NCBI GenBank assembly: GCA_965212015.1
Contig: OZ243037.1
Span: forward strand, 1,568,001 to 1,632,000
Source of the DNA: Cenarchaeum sp.
Lineage (GTDB): Archaea; Thermoproteota; Nitrososphaeria; Nitrososphaerales; Nitrosopumilaceae
Length of the DNA: 64,000 bases
Direction: 5' to 3'
Shown here: one piece after another, positions 29,101-39,533 of the stretch
How positions within the stretch are numbered: the first letter of the stretch is position 1
Layout: each line of letters begins with the position of its first letter
The notes under the pieces: generated by a model
The model's input: only the letters and a program-made list of their open reading frames with translations
Told to the model about the DNA's origin: nothing
The model's database searches: none
Made by a program: the position numbers and the translations under genes

Positions 29101-30573
29101 ATGAAAGTGGTGCTTGCCGTGCTGGCAGTGTTGATCTCGGGATACGCCGTGTTCGGACTTGCATACGCGCAGGATTTTGGCGGCGGGGTGGACAAGGATG
29201 GATCCTGGTACGCCGGCGAGGGGCTAAAGCACGGGGATTATTTCTATTATGAAATGTGCCACGAGTCCCACAACGACTGTATCGACTTTGAGATGGAGCT
29301 CTGGGTACGGGGGGACGTCCAGGTGGGCACTGAGACAAAATGGCTCGTAGGAACGGTCGTGTATGACGGAAACAAGATAGTAAAGGGAAACATGACGCTG
29401 GGAAAGGTCGCCTCGGAGCCTAGCGGGCATACGACCGGCCTGACGCAATACGCCGCCGCATTCAAGTCCTCAGTCGTCTGGCTTTCTGCGTTTGCGTCGT
29501 CCTATGACGGGGGCGGCGACAAGGGTCCCAAGAAATTCAGGGACATCTCTTGGGGAAAAATTGCAAACATCGGAGGCGAGCAGGTAAAGCCGCTTGCGCT
29601 GGAATCCATTACCGTCCCTGCCGGCACGTTTGATGCCGTGGTGATAGGATGGAAGACCGGCGGACAGCTAAGCCAAATCTGGGTGGTGGACGACTTTCCG
29701 TTTCCGGTAAAGGCCAGCACGTGGGTGCACACCTCTGAGGGAATACCCCCGCAGGAATACCGCTTTGAGCTCAAGGACTACAAGGAGAACGTGCAAAAAG
29801 ACCCGTTTTCTGACGTGGTAGGCAAGGACAGGATAAAGCCGGAGGGCTGTCCTGAGAACTATGATCTTGTAAAGGTCCGCAAGTCCACGAAAAATTTTGA
29901 TTATCTGATCGATCTGAAATACGGCCCGGAAAACCCCAAACAGGGCTGTGACATACAGTGGATTATCAACTTTCATAAAAAAACAGACGAGACAGAGTTT
30001 CTCTCCCAGGTGCAGTACGACATTCTGGTGGTGGACGACGATCTGAACCTGATCCGCTCCATTGCCCAGGATAACGGCAGGAAATCCTTCTATTCCGGAT
30101 CCGGACAGGTGCGCACATTCACCCCGGTCGACGAGCCGGTGGGGACTGCACACTATGTGGTCTGGATTTACGGCCTGTCCCCAAAGCACATAGTCCCCTC
30201 CACCACGCCTGACTATCTTTTGGTGGAAATTGAGATAGAGCCGGAACCCGGAGGCGATGCGGCCCGGAGCACAGGCGAGGATCCGGCCATAGACACCGGC
30301 AGGACGGCAGGCATCCCCGAGTGGATCAAGACAGTCGCGGGATACTGGACCGGCGGCCAGAGCTCAGACGGCGAGTTTATCGGCGCAATAGAGTTCCTAA
30401 TCCGCGCGGGGATCATAACTGTCTCTGCTGAATCATCGGGTGCCTCCACCGGGGCAGACGTGCCGGCATGGGTAAAGACTACCACCGGATACTGGACCGG
30501 CGGCCAGAGCTCAGATGACGAGTTTATCGGGGCGATCGAGTATTTAATTGGGCAGGGAATAATCGGCATCTGA
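29101..30573 (+). CDS. Exported thaumarchaeal surface protein with two C-terminal (I/V)P.W(I/V)K..W..EF.GAIE.LI domains
   Basis: Signal peptide; VTVPAGTF-like motif; duplicated C-terminal domain with a near-identical DNA repeat (~30340 and ~30487). Confidence 0.8.
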   Translation: MKVVLAVLAVLISGYAVFGLAYAQDFGGGVDKDGSWYAGEGLKHGDYFYYEMCHESHNDCIDFEMELWVRGDVQVGTETKWLVGTVVYDGNKIVKGNMTLGKVASEPSGHTTGLTQYAAAFKSSVVWLSAFASSYDGGGDKGPKKFRDISWGKIANIGGEQVKPLALESITVPAGTFDAVVIGWKTGGQLSQIWVVDDFPFPVKASTWVHTSEGIPPQEYRFELKDYKENVQKDPFSDVVGKDRIKPEGCPENYDLVKVRKSTKNFDYLIDLKYGPENPKQGCDIQWIINFHKKTDETEFLSQVQYDILVVDDDLNLIRSIAQDNGRKSFYSGSGQVRTFTPVDEPVGTAHYVVWIYGLSPKHIVPSTTPDYLLVEIEIEPEPGGDAARSTGEDPAIDTGRTAGIPEWIKTVAGYWTGGQSSDGEFIGAIEFLIRAGIITVSAESSGASTGADVPAWVKTTTGYWTGGQSSDDEFIGAIEYLIGQGIIGI

Positions 30574-30613
30574 TGCGTCGAACCATTAAAAAACTCTCAC
30601 ACCATGGGTGCGT

Positions 30614-30964
30614 ATGACCGGCCTGTTTAGATATCCAAAACGCAAGCTCCGAAAGCTGGCCAACAACGGGGAATACCGCAAGGCCCTGGAGTTTGGGGAC
30701 AGCATAGAGCAGGATTATTCCCGCGATCCGGACTTTCTTTTCATCATGGGCAGCATCTATTACATGATCGAGAATGCGGACAGTGCGATACACTATTTTG
30801 ACCGGGTACTCCAGATCAACGACTCTGACATTGACGCGCTGTGGCTCAAGGCCAACGCCCACCTGTCACTCGGGGAGACAGGCGATGTGTGCAGGTGCTG
30901 TGACAGGATACTGGAAGTTGATCCCGATCATAACGGCGCCAAGGAAATCCTGGAGGATCTATAG
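30614..30964 (+). CDS. Tetratricopeptide repeat protein
   Basis: AIHYFDRVLQI..ALWLKA..CCDRILEVDP TPR pattern. Confidence 0.85.
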   Translation: MTGLFRYPKRKLRKLANNGEYRKALEFGDSIEQDYSRDPDFLFIMGSIYYMIENADSAIHYFDRVLQINDSDIDALWLKANAHLSLGETGDVCRCCDRILEVDPDHNGAKEILEDL

Positions 30965-31426
30965 CCCGTATGCGTTTTCCAGCAGCCAGTCGCAGTACTG
31001 CGTGACGGGCCCTGTAAACTCGCACCAGACGTGCAGCGAATGCGGAAGAATGTCGATTCTCCCGTCGTCAAAAAACACCTTTAGGCCCTCTTTTCCCTCG
31101 TCCATATAGGCATCCTCAATCCTCGCATCTGCAAAAAACTCTTGCGCCTTTTGGCGCATCGCCTCGCGCTTTATGGGAAATCGCTTTTTTTGAAGATCCA
31201 TGATCATGCTCAGATCACGCCTTCCGTACATCTCAAACTCGTCAATCCTGCCCTTTTTTGGAAAGTTTACCACCAGCTTCATGCCGTACTTTTTCCCGAC
31301 TCCCCTCCCAAGCTCGGTAATCCTGGTGTATCCCATCGCCGGGTTTCTCTTTAGGAGGAGCCTGATCTGCGGCAGGTTTGATCTCAGGACCGACTGTAGA
31401 TCCCGGGTAATCTCTGAGAAGGACAT
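30959..31426 (-). CDS. Hypothetical protein
   Basis: 155-aa ORF with protein-like composition. Confidence 0.7.
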   Translation of the reverse strand: MSFSEITRDLQSVLRSNLPQIRLLLKRNPAMGYTRITELGRGVGKKYGMKLVVNFPKKGRIDEFEMYGRRDLSMIMDLQKKRFPIKREAMRQKAQEFFADARIEDAYMDEGKEGLKVFFDDGRIDILPHSLHVWCEFTGPVTQYCDWLLENAYGL

Positions 31427-31477
31427 CTAGCATGGTTTTTTAGATGCCCCGCAATATTATTTTTGTTGAGCCTTCCG

Positions 31478-32110
31478 ATGGATTATGACGGCATGAGGAC
31501 CGGTGACGAGTCAGAGAGGACCAGTAATGTCGAAAGCTACAAGATTACCTGCATGGACTTTATCAAGGACATCTCTGGGGACTATCTGGCCTGGGTGGAC
31601 TATTACAAGCTGCCGCCAGAAGAAGACAAGAGACGCCGCGCCGGGATTGCCGCGACGATACTGCGCACAAACGACTGGATAGCCAAGGTGGCCCAGACAA
31701 TCAAGGCAGTGGACGTTGTGATGAATGACGGGATACAAAAGATGGCCGAAGCCACTGCGGGAAAGCCGTTTCAAATAGGGGTCTTTGTCAACCAGAAATC
31801 AAGCTATACGATGGCCAAGCCCGGGACGATAAGGGTCAATGTAAAGTCGGCGGCAAGGCAGGACAGAAAAACCAGGCTTGGCTTTCACTTTAAGGACGAC
31901 CGGTTCCGAATCGAGTCGACTGCCGGCGCGTCCTTTGATGAGACGAACCTGCCCACAGGCGAGTTTGATCTGATGGACGTCCATTTGGATTTGGATGCGA
32001 CCAGGTGCCGGCAGCGCGACGTGATATCATTCACCGTGACAGTCGGCGAGGTTAAAGACGGGCAAGAGTACGACAAGCGGGGAGTCTCTACGATCATTCA
32101 CATAGTGTGA
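31478..32110 (+). CDS. Hypothetical protein
   Basis: ~210-aa ORF with genome-typical codon usage. Confidence 0.7.
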   Translation: MDYDGMRTGDESERTSNVESYKITCMDFIKDISGDYLAWVDYYKLPPEEDKRRRAGIAATILRTNDWIAKVAQTIKAVDVVMNDGIQKMAEATAGKPFQIGVFVNQKSSYTMAKPGTIRVNVKSAARQDRKTRLGFHFKDDRFRIESTAGASFDETNLPTGEFDLMDVHLDLDATRCRQRDVISFTVTVGEVKDGQEYDKRGVSTIIHIV

Positions 32111-32414
32111 CCTTGATTACGACCCTTTTTTCCCGGGCCCTCTCGCTGCCCGGATACTTTAGGCCCGATATCCTCGCCGCAAGCCCATTATCAGTCACCA
32201 GGCTGGCCCTGCCGGCAAGCTCTGAGCCGTCAATGCGCACCGTTACGTCCGGGTTTTTCAGCGCGTTTTGAAACCAGTCGCCATCGGGCCTGTGCCTTGA
32301 AAAATAAATCCCGCCCCCGTACATTACTGCTAGCAGCCACACAGAGTGCCTCTGCCCCGACCTTCTTCCCAGCGTGGTCAGCACCGCCTTGAATGGCTGA
32401 TCCTTGCCTTGCAT
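32094..32414 (-). CDS. Deazaflavin (F420)-dependent nitroreductase family protein
   Basis: LTTLGRRSG..WFQNALKNPDVTV split-barrel motif. Confidence 0.8.
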   Translation of the reverse strand: MQGKDQPFKAVLTTLGRRSGQRHSVWLLAVMYGGGIYFSRHRPDGDWFQNALKNPDVTVRIDGSELAGRASLVTDNGLAARISGLKYPGSERAREKRVVIKVTLCE

Positions 32415-32501
32415 GGTGCGCGTAGGATGTCAAGTAATTTAACCCCATGGATGGATTTTTCTGATATTCGGTATGATAAGGAAATCCCAAAACCATGACC
32501 C

Positions 32502-32948
32502 ATGTCAAAGCCAGAAATGAGCCCGAAACTCGTGGCAGCGGACGCCTTTACCGGCAAGAAGGTAGTTGACCGCGAGGGAACAAAGTTCGGCAAAGTCAAG
32601 CACATTCACATAAACCAGGACACCATGACCGTGTCGGGAGTAACCGTCAACCACGGGTATCGCAAGGACTATTTTCTTCCAGAGACGTTCATTGACAAAT
32701 TCACCGACGAGACGCTTTTGCTCAGCACCCCTCCCGTGAGAACGTCAATTCCGGTAGTGGACATTGACGGACACAAGATCGGCAAGGTAAAACAGCTAAA
32801 CAAAAACCCGGACACAGGCGAGCTTGAATCAATCACAGTCTCTGACGGAATTCTAAGCTCAAAGATAGTCTCAAAGACGGAGATATGGGGGATTGGCGAA
32901 AAGATAATCCTCAAGGTAACAAAAAAAGAGTTTGAAAAGCTGGCCTGA
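32502..32948 (+). CDS. Tandem PRC-barrel domain protein
   Basis: GKKVVDREGTKFGKV and PVVDIDGHKIGKV. Confidence 0.88.
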   Translation: MSKPEMSPKLVAADAFTGKKVVDREGTKFGKVKHIHINQDTMTVSGVTVNHGYRKDYFLPETFIDKFTDETLLLSTPPVRTSIPVVDIDGHKIGKVKQLNKNPDTGELESITVSDGILSSKIVSKTEIWGIGEKIILKVTKKEFEKLA

Positions 32949-33108
32949 TTCGGGCATCCGTGCCGGGGCCCGGCCAGACTCGTCGCAGGACATGATAGAT
33001 TTAGTAAGGCAGGATGCCGCCGTTGGGTGATAATGAAAATTGGCAGTAATTCTGGGATCGGTTTACAAAAACAAACCCTTATAACGTACCAGTACCGTAC
33101 ATTACGGT

Positions 33109-34269
33109 ATGAACATGGATAACTTTGATTTGTCAGATCTCGAAGGCGTGGGACCTGTCACAAAAAAGAAACTTGAGGAAGCCGGAATACACAACATGAT
33201 GGATCTTGTCGTAAGAGGCCCAGTAGAACTGGGAGAGATATCCAGCATGACTCCTGAAACCTGTGACAAAATAGTCACCATTGCACGAAAACAGCTTGCA
33301 GAAAGCGGGACAATAACTAAAGACTTTGCATCCGCAACTGAAATCTACAAAAAGAGGCAAAACATCGGAAAAATCACGACTAGTACGGAATCGCTTGATA
33401 AATTATTGGGCGGAGGAATCGAAACGCAGGCAATCACGGAAATATTCGGCGAGTTTGGCTCTGGTAAGACACAGATATGTCATACCATGTGTGTCATGAC
33501 TCAAAAACCCAAAGAGGAAGGCGGTCTTGATGGCGGAGTTTTGTACATCGATACGGAAGGAACATTCAGGCCGGAAAGAGTCGTATCTATTGCCAAAGCA
33601 CACAATATGGATCCAGAAAAAGTACTGGACAGGATAATTGTTGCAAGGGCGTACAATAGCGCGCATCAGGTTCTGATACTGGAAGAGGCAGGAAAGACGA
33701 TACAGGAAGAAAACATCAAACTGATTATATCTGATTCCACCACCGGGTTGTTTAGGGCCGAATATTTGGGACGAGGAACTCTGGCAAACAGACAGCAAAA
33801 GCTTGGACGGTACATACGATTGTTATCAAGGATTGCAGAGACATACAACTGTGCAGTCATTGCGACAAACCAGGTATCATCCAGCCCAGACTCCTTCTTT
33901 GGCGATCCGACAAGACCGGTCGGCGGCAACATAATGGGGCACGCAAGCACGTATAGGATTTACTTTAGAAAAGGAGGTAAAAACAAGCGTGTTGCAAAAA
34001 TCATTGACAGCCCGCACCACGCCGCTAGCGAAGAGGTCTTTGAGCTAGGCGAAAAAGGGGTTCAGGACACAGAAGACTATCTAAAGCAGATGGAAAAAGA
34101 CGCCAAAAAAGCAGAAAAAGAGGTCGAAAAGTTGGCCAAAGAGACGGCCAAGCAGGAAAAACAGACGGCAAAGAAAAACCCGCCTGCGAATCCAAAAAAC
34201 GATCAACCATCCGTCACAGAGTCACCTGATCTGGAATCCTTTGACGAGTCTGAACCAGACATCGAATAG
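33109..34269 (+). CDS. radA: DNA repair and recombination protein RadA with charged C-terminal tail
   Basis: N-terminal HhH (LEGVGP), GEFGSGKTQ, YIDTEGTFRPER, TNQV; no intein. Confidence 0.95.
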   Translation: MNMDNFDLSDLEGVGPVTKKKLEEAGIHNMMDLVVRGPVELGEISSMTPETCDKIVTIARKQLAESGTITKDFASATEIYKKRQNIGKITTSTESLDKLLGGGIETQAITEIFGEFGSGKTQICHTMCVMTQKPKEEGGLDGGVLYIDTEGTFRPERVVSIAKAHNMDPEKVLDRIIVARAYNSAHQVLILEEAGKTIQEENIKLIISDSTTGLFRAEYLGRGTLANRQQKLGRYIRLLSRIAETYNCAVIATNQVSSSPDSFFGDPTRPVGGNIMGHASTYRIYFRKGGKNKRVAKIIDSPHHAASEEVFELGEKGVQDTEDYLKQMEKDAKKAEKEVEKLAKETAKQEKQTAKKNPPANPKNDQPSVTESPDLESFDESEPDIE

Positions 34270-34278
34270 GACAATCCT

Positions 34279-34297
34279 ATTTTTTTATTTTTTTTTA
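34279..34297 (+). terminator. Oligo-T terminator of radA
   Basis: Two T-runs just after the stop codon. Confidence 0.6.
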
Positions 34298-34611
34298 CGA
34301 CCAGTGTGACATGCCGTCTTGCCGCAAAATAACGGCCCTGGAAAACGCCCCGTCTGGCCAAACAGTGATGCGCCTGATCTGTCTGCTATACGTGGCTGCC
34401 TTTTTCCAGTCCCGCCTTTGCGTCCACAGAAACGCATGGCATTTCCTTGCGGCCTGCATGCAATCCGGCGCCGCATCCGGAGGGCTCATGCGGGCAGAAA
34501 TCTGGCCGGATTGGCGGGGCCCCCAAGCACCGGTTTTACGATATCCTGCCCCGTGCGTCCTGCCAGTTGTTTTTAATCATTAAAATAAGGCTTTTTGATC
34601 CCTACTCAAAT

Positions 34612-34911
34612 ATGGCTACAAAGAAAACATCCGGCAGATCCCACGGATTCAGGCATAAATCAAGATCCGTAATGACAAAGAAATTCTCCAGGGGCGTGTC
34701 GTTTCTTCTCAGGGAGTATCACGAGGGGCAGAGGGCCCTAGTTATAATCGACCCCAGGCAGCACAAGGGGCTGCCTCACAGGAGATACCATGGAAAGGTA
34801 GGCACAGTCACCAATGTGGGCAGGCGTGCCGTTACCCTGGATGTGAATCTGGGCAACAAAACAAAAACCTTAATCACTAGATACGACCACATAAAACCGT
34901 TCGGTGTATAG
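34612..34911 (+). CDS. rpl21e: 50S ribosomal protein L21e
   Basis: SHGFRHKSR, KGLPHRRYHGKVG. Confidence 0.95.
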   Translation: MATKKTSGRSHGFRHKSRSVMTKKFSRGVSFLLREYHEGQRALVIIDPRQHKGLPHRRYHGKVGTVTNVGRRAVTLDVNLGNKTKTLITRYDHIKPFGV

Positions 34912-34913
34912 CG

Positions 34914-35240
34914 ATGGAAGAGGTAAAAAAGAAACAGGCGATATCTATTTCTGAGGTCAAGGAAATTCTTGGAAAGGAGGATCCTGAGAAAATGGATCAA
35001 ATCCAGCGCTGGGCGTTTGACTATGTCACAAAGTTCGTAAAGACTGATCCAAAGGACGCCAAAAAAATGAAACGGCAGCTAGTCAAGGAATGCGAGCTAA
35101 CGGAGGAGGAGGCCGTCGAGATAGTGAACATCAGGCCCACGACCCTGGCAGAACTGCGCTCCTTTACGTTTGGATGGAAGAAACTGATTCTTGCAGAGAC
35201 GCTTGAAAAAATACTCAAAACGATAAAGGAGTATTCCTAA
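34914..35240 (+). CDS. rpo4: RNA polymerase subunit Rpo4 (RpoF)
   Basis: ISEVKEIL..EIVNIRP..ELR; canonical position after rpl21e. Confidence 0.9.
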   Translation: MEEVKKKQAISISEVKEILGKEDPEKMDQIQRWAFDYVTKFVKTDPKDAKKMKRQLVKECELTEEEAVEIVNIRPTTLAELRSFTFGWKKLILAETLEKILKTIKEYS

Positions 35241-35248
35241 TTAAACCG

Positions 35249-35824
35249 GTGAATTCTTTGCAAGGTGAAGACGCCCCGGTTAGAAAATACGAGGAATATG
35301 CATGTGTTCTGGATTATAACGTCATGGACAGGTCTACTACGATAAAGGGCCGGGAGGGAATCATAGTCATTGCAATAGGCGAGGACTGGCTGACGCTGCT
35401 GGAAATACTCGGGATTCCAAACACGGATTTTGAGATTGGCGAAAAAATATTCATAGGCAAGGAGGGCAGGACCAAGGTGCTCTCCGTGCTGGGAAAGATG
35501 GAGTATAAAAAAATCTCAGACACGGCAAAGCACGAGCTGCCTGCAATAGTCGAGAACATAGTGACCACCAACGAGAAAAGATTCGTTGACTATCTGAACA
35601 ACGCGCGCCCGCTGACCCCGCGCGTGCACGCATTTGAGCTGATTCCCGGAATCGGCAAGGCCTACATGAAGGTAATGCTGGAGGAAAGGGACAGGCAAAA
35701 ATTCGAAAGCTATGCGGATCTTCAAGAGAGGGTGGGACTGAAAAACCCGATCAAACACATCACGGAGAGAATACTCGACGAGATTACCGGGGACCAGAGA
35801 ATGAACATTTTTGTAAAGCGATGA
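35249..35824 (+). CDS. DUF655 family putative RNA-binding protein
   Basis: EEYA.VLDY, AIGE..LTLLE, ELIPGIGK; conserved rpl21e-rpo4-DUF655-ksgA order. Confidence 0.9.
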   Translation: MNSLQGEDAPVRKYEEYACVLDYNVMDRSTTIKGREGIIVIAIGEDWLTLLEILGIPNTDFEIGEKIFIGKEGRTKVLSVLGKMEYKKISDTAKHELPAIVENIVTTNEKRFVDYLNNARPLTPRVHAFELIPGIGKAYMKVMLEERDRQKFESYADLQERVGLKNPIKHITERILDEITGDQRMNIFVKR

Positions 35825-36522
35825 AGAGGCAGCGGCTGGGACAACATTTCTTAAAATCCAAAAAAATCGCCCGGCTTGTGGTGGACGCGGCGCAACTGAC
35901 CAAGCGCGACACCGTCCTTGAAATAGGGACGGGACGCGGGATTCTGACCGGTCTTCTGTGCGAGGGCGCGCGCAGGGTGGTCTCTGTGGAATCCGACAAA
36001 AAGCTGTACGCCGATGCGGCCGGTGCGATGGGCGGCCTTGCAAACCTCAGTCTGGTGTGCGGGGACGGATTCAAGACCAAAGAAAAGTTTACCGTCTTTG
36101 TATCCAACCTGCCGTACTCTGAGAGCAAAAAGGCCATAGAGTGGCTCGTACAGCGGAATTTTTCGCGCGGGGTGGTGATGGTCCAAAAAGAGTTCGCCCA
36201 AAAGCTGGCCGCAGTGTCTGCCGGGGACCGCAAGGCGATCAGCGTTCTTGCCAGGCACTCGTTTGACATAAAGGAGATTGCGCGCGTGCAAAAAAGCAGC
36301 TTTGATCCCGCGCCGACGGTGGATTCCGTAATACTGGAGCTAAAAAAGATAAAGACCCTGCCGCATCCGGTCATAAAGACGGTAAACAGGATATTTTCAT
36401 ACAGGCGCAAGACACTGCAAAACATACTAGTGCAGTTTGGCAAAAGGACAAATGATCAGAGGCGCCTCGCTGATCTGACGGGCGATGAGATAATCGGGAT
36501 TGCAAGGCATGTCCTCAGATAG
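35821..36522 (+). CDS. ksgA: 16S rRNA adenine dimethyltransferase
   Basis: LGQHFL, VLEIGTGRG, VSNLPY, MVQKEFA, P.PTVDS. Confidence 0.93.
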   Translation: MKRQRLGQHFLKSKKIARLVVDAAQLTKRDTVLEIGTGRGILTGLLCEGARRVVSVESDKKLYADAAGAMGGLANLSLVCGDGFKTKEKFTVFVSNLPYSESKKAIEWLVQRNFSRGVVMVQKEFAQKLAAVSAGDRKAISVLARHSFDIKEIARVQKSSFDPAPTVDSVILELKKIKTLPHPVIKTVNRIFSYRRKTLQNILVQFGKRTNDQRRLADLTGDEIIGIARHVLR

Positions 36523-37039
36523 CGCGCAGTATGATCCGGCGGAGGACACCTTTTTCCTCGACGATCACATAAAAAACAAAAGCGGGCACTCTGCACTTGA
36601 CATTGGCAGCGGTTCTGGATACCTCACCCGGGCGCTCTCAAAGTCATTCGAGTTCGTCGTGGGCACCGACATTAGCCACTCCGTACTGAGGCAGCAGACC
36701 TACAAGACCCCCAACATCATATGCTGTAATGGGGCAGATGCCATACGCCACACGTTTGATCTGATCGTCTGCAACCTTCCGTACCTTGCGACTGACGAAA
36801 TCCTGGACGTGGCGACTGACGGCGGGAAGGAGGGAACAGAGGTTCCGCTTTTGATAATAAAATCGGCGATTCCGCGCATAAAAAAGGGGGGCAAGTTCCT
36901 CTTTGTCACATCATCGCTTTCAAACCACCAAAAGCTCGTCGATGCCGTGAAATCCTGCGGCCTTGATGCAAAAATACTGTCACGAAAAAAGCTTTTTTTT
37001 GAAGAGCTGATAATAATAGAGGCCTCGCAGTCACCCTAG
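36509..37039 (+). CDS. HemK2/Mtq2-like methyltransferase
   Basis: YDPAEDTF, LDIGSGSG, NLPY, DGGKEG, LFFEEL. Confidence 0.88.
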   Translation: MSSDSAQYDPAEDTFFLDDHIKNKSGHSALDIGSGSGYLTRALSKSFEFVVGTDISHSVLRQQTYKTPNIICCNGADAIRHTFDLIVCNLPYLATDEILDVATDGGKEGTEVPLLIIKSAIPRIKKGGKFLFVTSSLSNHQKLVDAVKSCGLDAKILSRKKLFFEELIIIEASQSP

Positions 37040-38068
37040 TCTCTGCTGCGCCCTCTTGGATATCTCGTCGGACATTTGCGTCATGGTTGCGCTGCCGCCG
37101 ATATCAAACGTGACGAACTTTCCCTCGTTGATCACGTCCTGCGTGGCCCCAAATATCGCGTCCCTGATGTCCGTCTCGCCCAGATACTCTGCCATCCACG
37201 CCCCGGAGAGCACGGCTGCGGTGGGGTTTACCTTGTTTTGTCCCGCAAACGACGGCGCGCTTCCGTGCGCCGCCTCAAACATTGCAAAGCCGTCGCCCAT
37301 GTTTGCCGAATAGATCAGTCCGATCGAGCCTACCAGTCCCGAGGCCAGCTCGGAGATTATGTCCATGAACAGGTTCGTGCTGACTAGCACCGCGCCGTTA
37401 TAGTCCTCGGTAGCCACGATCAGCTGCTGGGCCATGTTGTCTATGTATATCTCGGAGAGCTTTATGTCCGGATGATCGCCTGTCGCCGCCTGCATCTCCT
37501 CCCAAAAGATTCCGTCTGTCTGCCTTAGTATGTTCCTTTTTGTGATGGCCACCATCTTTTTGTTGCCGTGTTTTTCCGCCCACCGTACGGCCATCCTTGC
37601 GAACCTGCGGCAGCCCTGGCGCGTGATCTTTCTTATTGCAATGGCAGCATCGTCTGTGATCTTTGCCTCCACTCCGGTGTAAAGGCCCTCTGTGGCCTCC
37701 CTAAAGCACACGCAGTCCAGCTTTTTGTCTGTCAGCCTTGAATACGTCTTGCACGGCCTGATGTTGGAGTAGAGCTCGAACTTTTGCCTCAGGGTCACTG
37801 CCACGCTTTTTGGCATGTCCGGCTCGGGGATTGTAGTCGTGGGACCCTTGAAGCACGCGTCGGACTCTTTGAGTATCTCCATGGTGTGGTCGGGAATGTA
37901 TGACTCGTCCCTGCGGCGGTTTTTCTCCCACTGTTCGGATCCCGCCTCGCAGACGACAAGCTCCGACTGCATGCCGCAGTCCCTGAGAATTCCCAGCATG
38001 CTGTCTACTAGCTCCGGACCTATGCCGTCTCCCCTCATGACGGCAGCTTTTTTTACCAAGGCAGGCAC
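37031..38068 (-). CDS. Isocitrate/isopropylmalate dehydrogenase family protein
   Basis: GDGIGPE, KGPTT, NIRP, REATEGLY, FEAAHGSAP, NPTA. Confidence 0.92.
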   Translation of the reverse strand: MPALVKKAAVMRGDGIGPELVDSMLGILRDCGMQSELVVCEAGSEQWEKNRRRDESYIPDHTMEILKESDACFKGPTTTIPEPDMPKSVAVTLRQKFELYSNIRPCKTYSRLTDKKLDCVCFREATEGLYTGVEAKITDDAAIAIRKITRQGCRRFARMAVRWAEKHGNKKMVAITKRNILRQTDGIFWEEMQAATGDHPDIKLSEIYIDNMAQQLIVATEDYNGAVLVSTNLFMDIISELASGLVGSIGLIYSANMGDGFAMFEAAHGSAPSFAGQNKVNPTAAVLSGAWMAEYLGETDIRDAIFGATQDVINEGKFVTFDIGGSATMTQMSDEISKRAQQRLG

Positions 38069-38126
38069 ATTTCAAGAAATTATTATTTAACTCTTGATAA
38101 TCGTGGCCGGCGCCCGTCATGCGCCT

Positions 38127-38408
38127 CTAGGAGGTGACCTCGACGCCGTTCCAAAAGGCTATTCTTCCCCTGATCTTTTTTGCGGCGTCGTTTGGCTCTG
38201 CATAGTACCACGCGCAGTCCTTGTTTGTCTGCCCGCCTGCGTTTACCGAGTAATAGCTCGCAGTCCCCTTCCATCCGCAAAACGACGTAAAGTCGCTTTG
38301 TTCCAGAAATTCCTTTTTTACGGACTCGGCGGGAAAATAGTGGTTTCCCTCGACTATTACAGTGTCGTCGCTTTCCGCTATTACGGTGCCGTTCCAGACT
38401 GCCTTCAT
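38127..38408 (-). CDS. DUF427 family protein
   Basis: VIAESD..VEGNHYFP, C.WKG.ASYY, AWYY. Confidence 0.9.
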   Translation of the reverse strand: MKAVWNGTVIAESDDTVIVEGNHYFPAESVKKEFLEQSDFTSFCGWKGTASYYSVNAGGQTNKDCAWYYAEPNDAAKKIRGRIAFWNGVEVTS

Positions 38409-38708
38409 GGTATGCCTGTGTCTGGAACTTATTTAAAACAATCCCCGACTCGGGCGGCAAGTCATACGATCAAGGGGGGCTCGCCCCAATCATGATGGCC
38501 GTCTGTGTTATTTACCACGGGTCTTTCTGGAACGTGATTTACGTGCCTTTACCTCCGTTTGTATTCCTTATGATATTCTCGCTGTATTTCTGCGCATGAT
38601 TTTGTGAAACTGTGTGTTTTTTGTGCGTTATGGATCGTATTTTGCCGTGTTTTGTAACTTTGAGATGTGCAGTTATGTTCAAGTCATGCAAAATTGTTGC
38701 GAGATGGT

Positions 38709-39533
38709 CTAATCCGCATATCCTCTAATCTTTGAATTGTTTTTCCCTTTAAAACTGTTAACCACATTTTTCATTTCAGTTTTTGTGATTCCGATGGCGC
38801 CAGCCGCCATTTGATAGTCGCGTTCCTCGATTTTAGAGAGCGCATCGTATATGACATTCTTGGCCATTAAATCCAAAACTCTGGTTTTTAGCTTTTCCGG
38901 TTTCATTCCGGAATGCCATATCAGGGCATAAATGTCCGCAATATCCTTCCATTTTTTGTGATCTTTGGTTCTTTGTGGTAATGATTTTATCTTGGTAGCG
39001 AGTAAAACTTCGGGTTTTGGAATTTGAATCAATACGTCAAAATACTTGATTTCAACAAACTGTCTTTCCTCAAATATCATTCCCAATAGCGTTTCATCTA
39101 TGGGTTGTACGCCCAAAACATCCTTAATGTTGTCAGGAATATTATCGACAATTGGATCCACATACAAATCAAACAAATCATATTGTGGAGTTTTTTTTGC
39201 CTGTTCTGGGGTCAGCGCATGTTTAGTTTCCCTATGATAATGCTGAACCAGCCTAAAACTAATGGAATAAAACCCAATCTCTTCCAATGCCTGTATGGAC
39301 TGATTAAAAGCAGACGTCTTCAATGATTCCTTGGTCTCATTTTTGGAAAAATGAAATCCCAAATCAATATCTTTGGAGCCATGATAATCTCTTCCTTTCT
39401 CCTTTCTATAGTTTGCATTTACGGTAAAATAAATGGCCCATCCACCAAGCAGGCAGACAGGTTTTGTTACTTTGGAGAATACAGCACCCAAATTATTTTT
39501 TGAGATTTCGGTCTCATAATCTTCGTATAGCAT
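38709..39533 (-). CDS. Nucleotidyltransferase, AbiEii/type IV toxin-like
   Basis: LLGGWAI..GSKDIDL, LLATKI..R.K..KWKDIADIY. Confidence 0.8.
   Translation of the reverse strand: MLYEDYETEISKNNLGAVFSKVTKPVCLLGGWAIYFTVNANYRKEKGRDYHGSKDIDLGFHFSKNETKESLKTSAFNQSIQALEEIGFYSISFRLVQHYHRETKHALTPEQAKKTPQYDLFDLYVDPIVDNIPDNIKDVLGVQPIDETLLGMIFEERQFVEIKYFDVLIQIPKPEVLLATKIKSLPQRTKDHKKWKDIADIYALIWHSGMKPEKLKTRVLDLMAKNVIYDALSKIEERDYQMAAGAIGITKTEMKNVVNSFKGKNNSKIRGYAD

Noticed and set aside
38500-38708. Possible frameshifted continuation of the nucleotidyltransferase
   Set aside because: The frames I translated close quickly and show no motif, so no gene can be supported.
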